A stretch of 63,869 nt of DNA, counting the filler, from Welwitschia mirabilis (taxonomy: Eukaryota), in the NCBI GenBank assembly GCA_051453625.1. It is 8 parts of one record of this genome, joined end to end, with 100 filler letters (N's around TTAATTAATTAA, not from the genome) between each part and the next. Parts side by side here need not be neighbours in the genome. Positions count along the whole stretch, not along the records: positions 24,844 to 47,144 come from JBOZIK010000001.1; 7 more parts are not named here. One strand, written 5' to 3'. Of the stretch, positions 29,093 to 41,249 are shown piece after piece. How positions within the stretch are numbered: position 1 is the stretch's first letter; each line of letters begins with the position of its first letter. Below the pieces are notes generated by a model that was not told where the DNA came from, did no database searches, and worked only from the letters and a program-made list of their open reading frames with translations. The translations under genes and the position numbers were made by a program.

Positions 29093-30268
29093 TATTGTGA
29101 TTCCAAATTATCATGTTTTAATGGTGTAATTGGTGATGTTTCACAGGGAACAAGGACTCAATTCAGTCATTTTGTCATGAATTAATCTAAAATATAATTA
29201 TAATATTAAATGCCATGTTTTCATCTAGAAAAGCAAGAATTCAACCAAATAACAAAGTGAAGCAAAAAGTGGAGGAAAAGACCAAAAAAATAAGTTTCAT
29301 TCCATTTGTCATCCCCATGATGTAGGGCATGATCACATGAATAAAGGCATTTGAAGGAGACTAGCTTAGGCTGACTTGGCGAGGCTGACGTGGCTTACTG
29401 ACTATCATGGTGGCTGTCATCCCCATGACATAAAAGATGACATAACCATTAATTTTCAAATTCAAATACTAATAATATTTTGATGTGGCAGGTTGTGATT
29501 AGATAATGAAGGGGTGTTGCGTTCCATATCATGCCACGATGACAATGACATGACAGTGTCATGACTTCTTCTTAACCGAGTCAATTAGTATCTAGTTTAT
29601 GCTTAATAACACCTCTTTATTTGTACTGACCTCCTTGACCCATAATCACCTTAGGAAAGCTATAAAAACCCCCATTTTTCATCATTTGATTATTTTTTTA
29701 GCATTGGAGGATTGGTGATAAAAGCATCCAAGGAGTTAAGGATTCATTTCAACATAGGAGAAATCGTTCTTGGTGATTAGACTATGCTTCTAACATTAAG
29801 AAGTCACTACCTTGCTGAGGTTTTGTAAGATATTTCATTGATTTAATAATATTTCTTTCTTCTTCTATTCTTATAATGTCTCTTATGATTTGTATTGAAG
29901 TTTGATTAATACTATTTCTTAGATTAATTCTAAATTAGACATAGATCATAAGGCCTGAGTTGGATGACAACAACTTAGAAATTTGGTTATAATAGGCTTG
30001 CATCTCATATCTCTTTCATTTTTATATTGCACATTGAAATAGTTGCATTATCAATTTCCCTTTTACATTACAAAAACACAAAATTGATTAAAAACATTAT
30101 ATTGGAATTAAAAGTTTATTATTTCTTATTTATGTGCTTGATTAGATTATTGTCTTACACTCTTTAAATTATGACATTCGTTGCTTAAATTTCCCTATAC
30201 TATCTCTAGTTGCAGTTTCATTATTTTAAGCATTGATTACTTTTAAAGTGTAATTTAGGCCACCAACA
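29093..30268 (+). repeat. LTR of the element-D subfamily (functional 3' boundary of insertion D)
   Basis: Homologous to 21804-22968; followed by GGTTC, matching GGTTT before 21804. Confidence 0.88.
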
Positions 30269-30378
30269 GGTTCACTCCCAACTATATTTGTATGTTGTAT
30301 TATGAAAGATATCTATTTTATTTGTGAATGATAGAATATTTTTGAGTATAAACATTTGCATAAGTACACACCACAATA
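30269..30378 (+). repeat. Terminal piece of the element C 3' LTR
   Basis: Continues the LTR interrupted at 21803 (matches the end of LTR A); ends ...CACCACAATA, then GTTGC, matching GTTAC at 15599-15603. Confidence 0.75.
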
Positions 30379-31178
30379 GTTGCCCTTATGATCTAGATAA
30401 ATTACAGAACTTTCACTAAACTATAATCAGCTTAAACCATAAGGGATATAAACACAATTGTAGTAAAAAGAGTAATTAAATTAATCATAAAACTTTTACA
30501 TCCACTTATAACAAAGTAGAAGCACCTCAATGGAGGATTCTCAACCCAACACCAAGGTAAACTTCTCTCTGTAGCTACTAGATGGACCTGTTATTCTTTA
30601 ATCTTTTGTCATAAGAAAATTGGATATAAAAGATGGAAAAGGAAGTAAAAAAAAGGGAGGGTATTTGTAGTTTTACATTGAAGTTCTAGAAGCTTAACCC
30701 TGGAGGTCAAGGAAGAAATTCTAGCAGTCTATATGAGTTGCATAACCTCATTATAGAGATAATTCTTTTCATCCATAGAAAATATCTGTCATCTTGACTA
30801 TCATGGAGATGATAATGTGGATATCACTCCATGTCAAAAGGTGGTCCACTAGCTTTAGGCCTTGTAGTCAACTTTGTAGACTCCATCTATATCAATAGTG
30901 CTATCATCTTGATTGTCCTAGGGACGACAAAGGGGACAACAAGCTTCTTCATCTTCTAGTTCCAAAAGAAATCAATATTCTACATGGAAAATCCTTCTTT
31001 TAAAGTATGAAGTATTAAAACAAGCCTGAGATGCCTCCAAATATGCTATGAATCACATGTTTTGGTGATCACCCTATTAGTTCTATATAATCATCAGAAT
31101 TACATCTAAACCTATATAAATGTACAGCGAAAGTACTCAAAATACACCATTAAATTCCTACAAATTGGTATCATAATA
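30379..31178 (-). repeat. Remainder of the element B 5' LTR
   Basis: Joins 15603 to give CCTTAACAAAGGTTGCCCTTATGAT, as in the intact LTR near 57520-57550; minus-strand start TATTATGATACCAATT at 31178. Confidence 0.8.
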
Positions 31179-31693
31179 GGTATTTATAGTTTTACATTGA
31201 AGTCCTAGAAGCTCAAAGAGTCGAAGAAGAAACCATAGCAACCCATATGGATCACATGAATTCATTACAAAAACAAGTCTTTTCATCCATACAAAAATAA
31301 GTGTCATTTTGACTATTGTGGGGATGAGAATGGGGATGTCACTCCACATCAAAAGGTAATCCATCAGCTTCAGGCCCCCCAATCAACTCACTAGACTCCA
31401 TCCATGCTAGTAATGTTGTCATCTTGACTGTCATGAGGATGACAAAAGGTACGACAAGCCTCTCCATCTTCTAGCTCAAAGGGAAATCTATTTTTTACAT
31501 GATTAATTATTCCTTTAAAGTATGAAGTATCAAAATAAGTCTGAGATGCCTGCAAATATGCTAAGAATTGCATATTTCAGTGAACATCCTATAAGTTCTT
31601 CATAATCATCAGAATTACATTCAAACCTCTATAAATGTCATACAAAAGTACTTAAAATATGCCACCAAATTCCTACAAATTGGCATCTCAAAA
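31179..31693 (-). repeat. 5' part of an older same-family LTR (host of element B)
   Basis: Parallel copy of ~30660-31178 with its own decayed LTR start at ~31693, abutting copia sequence. Confidence 0.75.
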
Positions 31694-32500
31694 AAGCCTC
31701 ATCTAACACTATTAAAAGAATTATATGTTATGTTAAAATAACACTAACTTAGGATTTGTTTTATGAGGCAAATAATAATGTAGAACTTGTTGTATATGTT
31801 GATGCAGATTGGATAGGCACTCTTGATGATCGAAAGAGCACAATAGGATATGTAATGCTTCTTAATAGAATCATGTTTTCCTAGGCAAGCAAAAAATAGC
31901 CTTATGTAACTCTTTCCACTACCAAAGCTAAGTACATAGCTATCCATTTGATAAGCCAACAGTTGATATGGCTTGAAAAGCTATTTGAGGATTTCACAAT
32001 TCCTATTAAAAGGCCTATACTCCTATGTGACAATGCTTTTGTTATTGCAATTTCCAAGAATCCTATGATGCATGCAAGGACTAAGCACATCGATATCAAA
32101 TACCATTTTGTTTGAAATCTGGTTGAAGATGGGCTTTTTATTCTTGATTATTTTCCCTCCATGTTGCGACATGCTAACTTTTTCACAAAATCTCTAGATA
32201 AAGCAAGATTCCAAGAATTGAGAAAGATACTTATGATCCCTAACATTAAGGTCAAGGGAGAGACATAAGTGCAAAACACATATGGAAAGTTGAGGCTACC
32301 TCAACTATAAAAAATGGTATCATTTCTCTTAAGTTCTTGTTTGGCTTGGTTTACATAGTTGTGTGCATGTGTGGATTTTTGCTTATAAGAGGGCTTCGCA
32401 GTCTTGTGCCCTTAATGTCAAGGGAGAGATTGATGAAATATCCTTAATGCCATTAAATTCACAATAACTTTGCATACAAGTATATCTAAATATTCTTAGT
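31694..32500 (+). mobile_element. Ty1/copia 3' end (RT C-terminus, RNase H, PPT, start of LTR at 32431)
   Basis: YVDADWIGTLDDRKST, LSTTKAKYIA and CDNA...KNPMMHARTKHIDIKYHF motifs; GTCAAGGGAGAGA occurs twice (32251 and 32417), the second followed by TG. Confidence 0.88.
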
Positions 32501-32849
32501 TTTTTTTCTAGTGAAAGTATGTTTGCTTTTACCAGTTTCAGCAATCATTTGCACATTCATGTTGATGAAAGGGAAGACCATTGTTTACAATAGAACTATT
32601 GCTAGCCTTTATCCAGTTCTAGTTATTGGGCCCATGCTTTTATACAATTTCATGATTATTTTTTATAATAGCTCATGCCCTTAGAAAAGATGAGATGATG
32701 AAGACTCTTATTGCTTCAAATTCCTAACAAAAACTCTAATAATGAGTTATAATGCCTTTCACATCAAAATAAACTCAAGTTTTCATTAATTAAATTAGCA
32801 AAGATGGTGAAAGCAATGACACATCTTATAGTAGCCATATGAGGGTAGT

Positions 32850-33995
32850 TGCAAAAGAGGCCACCATTCAAGATGATGGAAGGAACTGAATGGAACAAAA
32901 TGAAAAATTGACATAGTTGTGTTTTCAGTACAACTCAGTATTTGTATCTATTTCTCTGAAATGTAGAAGCTTTCAAGTACAGGCCAAACAAAGCAGATAC
33001 CATTGAAAGCCTCTGAGGATTACAGCATGCAGCTGCAGAAATCTGTCACACCTATTTATAGTATTATTGCGTCTTCTGTTAGTTGTTCATACAAAGTTAT
33101 ATGCTGAAGCAAGACCTTTTTCTTGTACAATTGTTTTGAAAACATTTTGTATTCTTTTATTCTGTTTTTCCCCTATTTTTTAGATGCATGTGTGAGCTGC
33201 TTTCATTGAAAATTTTTCATGCTCGGATGGCCTGTTTTAAGCGTGCAAGGATTTTTAAACCCTACCACAGCGATCTTGAACAGTAGAACTGAAACATGTG
33301 ACAGTAGGCTCCTTCTTTTCCTACGACGATGCTACTATATGATGACTTCTCACCTTTGCTACCGCCTCATTAGTCTTCTTATCACGCTGGCTATGTTTTC
33401 CTGTCTGTGCTATGACCTTTCCATCCACTGGCTATCACCCTTCTCTTTGGCATCTCGGAGCACTCCCCCATTTTTTACTCAGTACCCCGCTTCGGAATCT
33501 TCTCTTCTGAAATGCCGCTCTGTGTTGATCCTGCCAACAGTCCTGTACCTTTGACTGCCCTTGCGTCCACGATGTCTTTACGGTGTCATCTTTTCCGGTT
33601 GCTGCTTTGTGCCTTTACCATTTAAGTGCAGACTGTCCTACGTCTCTTTCCTGAATCTTCTCATGCATTGGTTGCACAAGCTTTTGTACATACCTGTGAA
33701 CTTTAGCTTGTCTTCTTTTTGAGGCGTCTTTGCTTTCTAGATGCTTACTGAGTACCAGCTCTACCTGTGGACACCACCCTCCTCTCTCTCATGTGCCCTT
33801 CTCATTTTCTGATCACCACTGCCTTTTCTTTTAATGCACGCCACCTTCTCCCTTGCCTTCATTTGCTGCCTGCAAACCTGGAAGTGTAGTTTGTTTGATT
33901 CATTCATGTTTTGTTTTAATTCTACCGTTAGAAACGGAGAATGTGACTTCTTATGAAGCACTTAGTAATGCTATCACTGGATGGCACAATAGGTA
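32850..33995 (+). ncRNA. Candidate lncRNA / 24-nt PHAS precursor with miR2275-like target site
   Basis: Non-TE, GC-richer, pyrimidine-rich island retaining CG/CHG; no credible ORF; CAAGATGATGGAAGGAACTGAA (32869-32890) at its 5' edge is near-complementary to miR2275. Confidence 0.5.
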
Positions 33996-34029
33996 AAGTA
34001 CATGTTAAAATTAAAGATCATAATTATCA

Positions 34030-36050
34030 ATTAAACTTTCATAAGTCAAATCATATTAGAGATCTTGATAAAGGGCATATGAGGGAATTTGTTGTAACTG
34101 CAAATAAATAAGATGTTAAATAACAACCTTCACAAACTAATCATTAAAGAGAAAAGGAGTAACTCAACCCAAGACTTTTGGCAACTTAAGCATTAGCATC
34201 AGTACATAATACATGAATTATGTGATTAAAGTATTTACCAAAGCTAAGTTTTTCAAGATAAGTAATAATTAAGTCCCTTCAATTCTATCATAAGATTTAG
34301 CATAATCAAGCTTAATGTAAGCTATATTTTGATTAGTATCATTAGCCCTTGAAGAAATTCCATGCTATAAACACATTATTAGGAATATTCTTTAACAAAG
34401 CTAATCTATATAGGTCTAATAGTCTAATCAATCATTCTTTTAAAGTCCTTACATAAGACATTGAGATAAAATTTTATAAGTGTTATGGAGCTTTAAGTTC
34501 TAGTAAGTTAAAGATCCAATTATTCATGAACAAACTACAAATGATATCCTTATTAGTTCTATTACCAAGAGACAATTAATGAGTAGCTTCTTAAGAAACA
34601 TTAAAAAATTCCTTTCTAGTAATATCCTACTGATTTGTGTCTGAAGAACATCAAAATTATGGACATTTTCATGTATAAAACTAAAAGTTAATCCTTTTTC
34701 TTTAAGAGGAATGTTTATTTAGGATACTAAGATGCTTCTTCCTTATAAACTAGGGAAAATGTCTAATGATAACTCTAAATTGTTCTTTATGAAAAAGACT
34801 TTGAAAAATGTATATATATATATATATATAAAATAAGAATGATTGGCTAAAAGACCATTATTGACTATAGCATCTTTAGTAATAATATCAAAACAACATT
34901 AATGACTACAAAATCTTTAGTAATACTAGCATAAATTTTTAAAGTTTATAATTTAGACAAATGATTATATCCTTTGAGAAATTTAAAAATTCCTTAAAAG
35001 GTTTGTCTTTGATTTTAAGTAAAAATTATGACTTATGGTAAGGGAATTTTTAGCTCTAAAAATGTTCAACATTGCTTTATAGAATGAGGTTTTGGTAAGG
35101 ATTCCTAAGCCAAATTATCAAAAGGATTACAATCTGAATTTAAAACTTTTATTTAATATTTTTTATTGGTTTAGCTTTAATTTAGGATTTTTCTATTGAA
35201 AATACTTTTGAAAATTATAAATCATAATTGCTAACCCTATTGATACTTCTATGTCATCATTTAATACAATTATATTCCTAGTAAGTCTTTGCTTTACATT
35301 CCATAATTATTTAATATTATTTCTACTTATTAGATCAACAAACATTTTTCCATTTATCTGAAAAAGCTCTTACTTATGAACATGAGAGGAACTAGAAAAA
35401 ACAAAATAAAGCTAATAGGAAATGTCAAAAAGAGTAGCAATTAAGCAGAGTTTAACTTTCTTATTGAGATTTAAAAAGTATGAACTAGAATGGTAAAACC
35501 TATCGATTATACAAAATTTTTTTTAATCCTCTATTTGGTTTTAAAGTAACTAATCCTTAGTTATTGGAAAAAAATTAAATTAGACCTATGAGATAGAAAA
35601 TTTTCTTTAAATTGTAATAAATAATGTATTTTGAAAGATACTAAAAACCACGATTATATATTTCATTGAAAATAGTTTCTAGTATATTAAAATTACCATC
35701 AATTATCAAAGGTATATTTAGCGAAGAGAGAAGATGTTTCTAGACACTTAGATCTTTAATGAGAATTGTTAGAACACACATTACAAGTTTTAAAAATATT
35801 AGAATCACTGTGGAGAGTAACCTAGATAACTCTATCGTAATAATCAAATTCAAAATTCAAAATTTTTCCACTTCATTATTACAAAGACTGAAGAAATAAG
35901 ATTCTAGTCTTTAGTAAGAAAATAAAATCAAGTAATGATTATTGATTTGAAAGAAAATTTCTAGAAATCTTATATAAGATCCTATTTATATAAGATCTCA
36001 AACACTTCACAAAATAATTAACATTATTTAGAGGGAAATAAGACCTTTAC
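34030..36050 (-). mobile_element. Degenerate L1-type LINE ORF2 (APE endonuclease plus N-terminal RT)
   Basis: Minus-strand remnants: IIDGNFN (~35690), IDRFY (~35500), NTYKILSQCL (~34470), IKLDYAKSYDRIE (~34280-34316), GCYLTSYLFA (~34110-34130). Confidence 0.8.
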
Positions 36051-39000
36051 CTTGTATATTTAATCATCTTTAAATTCACATTATAGATTGCTAATAAGAG
36101 AAAACTTATTATTTAATTAAGGAGTGTTGAAATCAAATCTAATTAGTAGTTGAATATTAGAATTTAGATGACTTTTCACTAGACTTGAATCTATGTCTAT
36201 TTATCATTTTCTTTAATTACATAGATCTAAATGTAATTGTTCTACATGTACATTTGAATTGATGAGGTGATAATTTAAAGAAGCATTATTAGATGCCATA
36301 AAACAAGGATTCTTAGGCTCTTTCTTTTTATTTTAGAGTTAAAAAAGGTTTTCTATGATTATATCAAAGTGGACTCAACACCTATTAAACATTGATAAAA
36401 ATGAATTAAATGCTAAAGAAGTAATAATATTAATTTTTATCCTAGTTTAAAATTATTGTTCCTTATAAGCCTTCTTCTTATATTAGTGGTAGATAATCAT
36501 AAATCATACAAACATATTAACTATAATAGTAATAGCATATTTTAATATTTTAATGTATAACTTTTTGAACATAATTCTTCATTATTTATCTTTAGTTATA
36601 AATCTTTCTTCTTATGCTATAAATTTATCTATAAAAAGTAATATGTGCAATACATATCATTAGTTGCAAAAGAATTCTTAACTTTAACTGAAATACTTCT
36701 ATTAATAATATCTTACTCCATCGTTTTAAAAAATGAATGGAAGTTTTTGTAACTTTATTTAGTAATGAATTTTAGTATACTTAGGTGAATTTAAATCAAA
36801 ATCCAATATACATGTATTAATAATAATGATAGCATAATAATGATTAAAACCTTCAATAACAGTAAGCCATGAATGGATTTTAAAACTATAATAATAGAAA
36901 GCATTTTAAAATAAATTGATTATGTAAAATTCTAATGCTTTATGACTTAATTTTTGCATTTAATTTATATTTAAAACTTCTTATTTAGGGAAGACAGACA
37001 TGAATATGCAAGTAATTATAGTGACATAATTATCTTACTATAATCATTGGACAAATCATCAAGTAAAACATGAGATTCGTAGGTTTGGCTATAGGAACAA
37101 ATGTAGGGTGGTCCTAGATCCACTTTGAATTTTGAAATTGATTTCATAAATTAATTTAGATTTAAGTCATGAAAAATGAAACACAAAAATAATTCATAAT
37201 GTTATAAATTACAAACCTTGAATATTTACAAGAAAAGTAAATTTGAAATTATACATAAGATGCACTTAATTCTGTTAAGAATTTCATGACTACTTAGGCT
37301 TGCTGAAGTTTTCTATATGTCTTTTATTACTACTATAATTATTCATACATCAAGCTACAAGGATTTATTTGATACTTCTCAATGCATTTAAGGATGTAAC
37401 AAGGGATTTATATAAATTAATAAAAAACATATAATAAATGAACTTAAAAAAATAACTTAATAAGATCAATGCCTAAGCACAAATTTGGCCTTGTTTTAAT
37501 ATAGTAAAGGAGAAATCTAAATTTGATACAATAGGAATTATTCACTATGAAGTTTTATATGTGGTATTATTAAACTAATATTGTTGGTTTCCTTTAATGC
37601 ACTCTAATATTTGTAACAAATAGCTCCTATTTTCTTTATAAAAGTGAGGATAGAAATCCCTATTTTTGGCTACAAGCATGATTGTGGTAAAAGTAGTACA
37701 CTTTAGTCTAGAAGGATATTAATCCTGAGTTTATTAGGTATTTCCTCTAATATCAATTTCTCATTAGATTAAAATAAGATGTTGAATCTATGTTAAGCTA
37801 CCATAAAACTTGAAACCTATTTTCTAAGACTAGTAGATTTAGTATTAAGTAGAACATGCTTTTATGTTTTAGTATTGTTATTCTAGCATGATGTGTATTG
37901 AAGTTTTAGATTTTTTATTCCTTAATATTTATCACTATCTGCAGCTCTCCCATTACTAGCATTTCATCCCTTGCTAAATCCTTTTAAAATCACCTTTGGC
38001 AATTGTTATAGTTATGATTTCATCTCCCAAATAAGAAACAAAAGCAAGTAAACCTAATAGTTAGCATAGGTAATCTATAAACTGCATAAGAAAGGTTAAT
38101 AATAGAGCTATAATTCCAGATTTAATGATTCAAATATTTGAAAAATACATAAGCATTTGATAATGATAAAATAAAATTTAGAAATTAAATGAGCTTTTTC
38201 TTTTAATTAGTAATTATTAGTCATAGAGAAAATTACTTAAAAATTAAGGCACTAAAAGCAAAACCCCAAAGTGAGATTTATGAAATAAGGGCCATTTAGA
38301 ATGATCTAAAAAACAAAATCTACAATGAGGTTTTCTTCGTGAATAAGCTAAAGAGATTTAAAATTCAAAATTTTTTCCAAAAACTAAATGTAAACATGAG
38401 ATAAATCAAATCCTTGCCTTTGTTTCTATAAAATTCCAAATAATTTTTTTTTTCTAAACTCAAATCATTGATTCATGATTTTCTTTTAAGAAAAGATATA
38501 ATCCACAAATACATCCTTCCATGAATTGACACATCTTTATAAATTCTTAGAAAGGAAGAAATTCTTATGTTTATAAGAGTATAAATGAACACAAAAAAAT
38601 ATTCAATGTAGAATAGAGATAAAGAAAAAGAGTTTTTGATTTCAAGGAAAAGATGGCAATACATAATCATTCTTTTTCTTTGATATTTATAATTTATTTT
38701 ATTTCATGTCCATTTCAAGTTTTTACAAGAAGAATGTCATTTCATCATTAAGCTTTTCTTATTTGTAAATATAAAAATAGAGAAAACAAATAAAAGGATT
38801 GTAAAGAAATGATCTAAGATACTATAGTTTTAGGCATTGCTTTATTCTTTAAAATGTTTAAATATGTTTGCAAGGACCAAATAATCATGCATTTTCTTAT
38901 CAAAAAGTTGAATCTAAAACTTTTTAAAATAAGAAGAAACCTTAAATTTAGTAAATAAATTCCATCATCTAAGCTATTAACTTTCAAATTTTAGAAGTTA

Positions 39001-39199
39001 AAACTAGGAAAGGATGTCCAAATATCATGTATTAAAATTGCTTTATAACAATTGTGAGAACCATGATTTAGAAATCATGCTAAATTTTTAGAATTTGCCA
39101 AGGGTTGACTACAAATAATAAAAGTTAGAAATACAAACAAACCATATGCGCAAATAAATTTTATAAAGATAATGGCATATTTTATATTTATTTGAGTTG

Positions 39200-39750
39200 G
39201 TAATTCCAAATACTTTCAAGTAATTATAACCTTAATGGCATACTAATAATGTCTCTACAAGCTTCCCTTGACGTTAAGGTCAAATACAAAAAACATACAA
39301 ATTTGGAATCATATCAAGACTTACAAATTTTAAATCACATAATTGCATATCTATAAGCACATAAAACAATACTCAAACAAATAATAATTGGATCAAGAAT
39401 TGAAATGCTATCATTTAATAGCTGGGACAACACTAACTATGTTTGGTGTTTTACTATCAATTCTCTTCCTTGAACTTAATGTTAAGGATTTCTAGTGTTT
39501 TCCTCAATTATTGGAACACAATTTGTTTAATAGCTTTATAAAGAAATTAGATAGCTACAATTTCATAGGGCAATATTGATATAGCATTATTTAGATTCCA
39601 TTAAGGCCACAATAACTTAAATTAATCTTGGTTTTCTAAAATTGGATTTCATGCTTGTTATGAATAATAGAGACCTTATTGTTTTAGCAAATTTCGGAAA
39701 TTAACATGATCCAAAATTGTTATGAAACATTTAAAAGAATGAACTATAGA
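39200..39750 (-). mobile_element. Heavily decayed Ty1/copia RNase H end, PPT and LTR start
   Basis: Remnants of CDN/NP/RTK and QLADFFTKAL-like motifs; the same TAACATTAAG.TCAAGG.AG and GTCAAGGGA tracts as the copy at 32240-32430; TG at ~39259. Confidence 0.55.
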
Positions 39751-41249
39751 CATAATCTCCTATTATATTTTTAAAATTCTATATTTCAAGAGTAAATAGG
39801 TTGAATGATAGAATTCTTTTACTAAAATTAAGATTACATGTTATTTCAAGGGAAATTAAAAATGTATTACCAACTTCTTCCTAATTTCTATTGATTTTAA
39901 TATCCATTAATGATAAGGCTTTTCTATGATCATTAATATCTAGCATATTGGCCTTTGTAAAATGTATTGAAAATGTATTAATTTTTTTCAATACTATTAT
40001 TCAAAGTCAAGATATGATTGTTGTAAGATCTATACCAATAGAATCTTCTCAACATTTTTAGCATATTGGCCTTTGCAAAATCATTTTTGAAGATATAGCC
40101 TCATAGGGCTTATTGTAGCAATAATTAATAGTTTATTCCCTAGCAAAATAAGTGACTACATTTGAAAGAGTTTAAGTTCATTAAAATTAAACAGAGCTAG
40201 ATATGCCATTTTCATCTCTATAATCCATTCTCAGATAAAGGAAAAACCTTATGAAATCTTTCTTTTTTATTATTGAAGTAGTTTTTGCATCCATGAAAAC
40301 AAGTTCTAGATTAATACAATGGAAGACAAACATCTCTCTAGCTGATGATGTTTTAATTGGTTTTAAGACAAAGAGAGTTTAATTTATATTCTGCTATTTT
40401 ATTCTTGAATGAAAAAGGGGTTTCTCTTTTTTTCTTAGATTTGAAATTTTCTAATAAAAATATTACTATAATAATCTAACATACATCTCAAATAATTTTG
40501 AAATGAATGAAAGAGGTTCATTTTCACTTTTATTTTTTAAAATAATAGCATTTTTTATTTGTTGTTTTCTTTAAAACTATGATAATCCAAACAAGAACAG
40601 TTTCTATTCATGACCAATTCTCTTCCCTCATCTTTCAAATCCATTTGAAGAATTCTGAAACATAGAGAACAACATCATGAAATATGCATTAGCATGGCAT
40701 TTTGTAGCTTTAATATTTAAAGAAATCTAAATACAACATTTAAAGTTTTGGTATAAGTGCACACATATGTCCAATATTAGCTTCCATTAATTCACTACAT
40801 TAGAGAGTTTCTTCAGATTATGATCTTATTGGTAATGTTCTNNNNNNNNNNNNNNNNNNNNNNNNNNNNNNNNNNNNNNNNNNNNNNNNNNNNNNNNNNN
40901 NNNNNNNNNNNNNNNNNNNNNNNNNNNNNNNNNNNNNNNNNTTCAGATTATGATCTTATTGGTAATGTTCTCATGACAATGCTTTAAATACCATTATTAC
41001 TTCTATCTATTTTGATCTATAATAACATTCACTGTAAATGTTCCTCTTCCATCTATAGATTTATGCAATTTTAATCTAGTTACAGAGACTTAAGGGTTGA
41101 TTCCTTTTGTAGGATGAATTGTTTTCTCATCCCATTTTAGAAGGCTTCAAACTTGTGTTAAATCCTAAACTTTAATGGATGTAAAATTAAAAGCATAAAA
41201 AGAAATTAATATAAAAGAAATTAAAGCATTTGTACTATAATGATATGAA

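Noticed and set aside
30660-31693. Apparent ~520-bp tandem duplication
   Set aside because: Better explained by insertion of element B into a same-family LTR, since each copy has its own LTR terminus.
33219-33554. 111-aa ORF (and the 66-aa minus ORF at 33761-33961) as a gene
   Set aside because: No recognisable domain; the Leu/Ser richness follows from the pyrimidine skew.
36100-41200. Possible genes in the AT-rich interval
   Set aside because: No sustained ORF or exon-like composition; appears to be unreadable old repeat debris.
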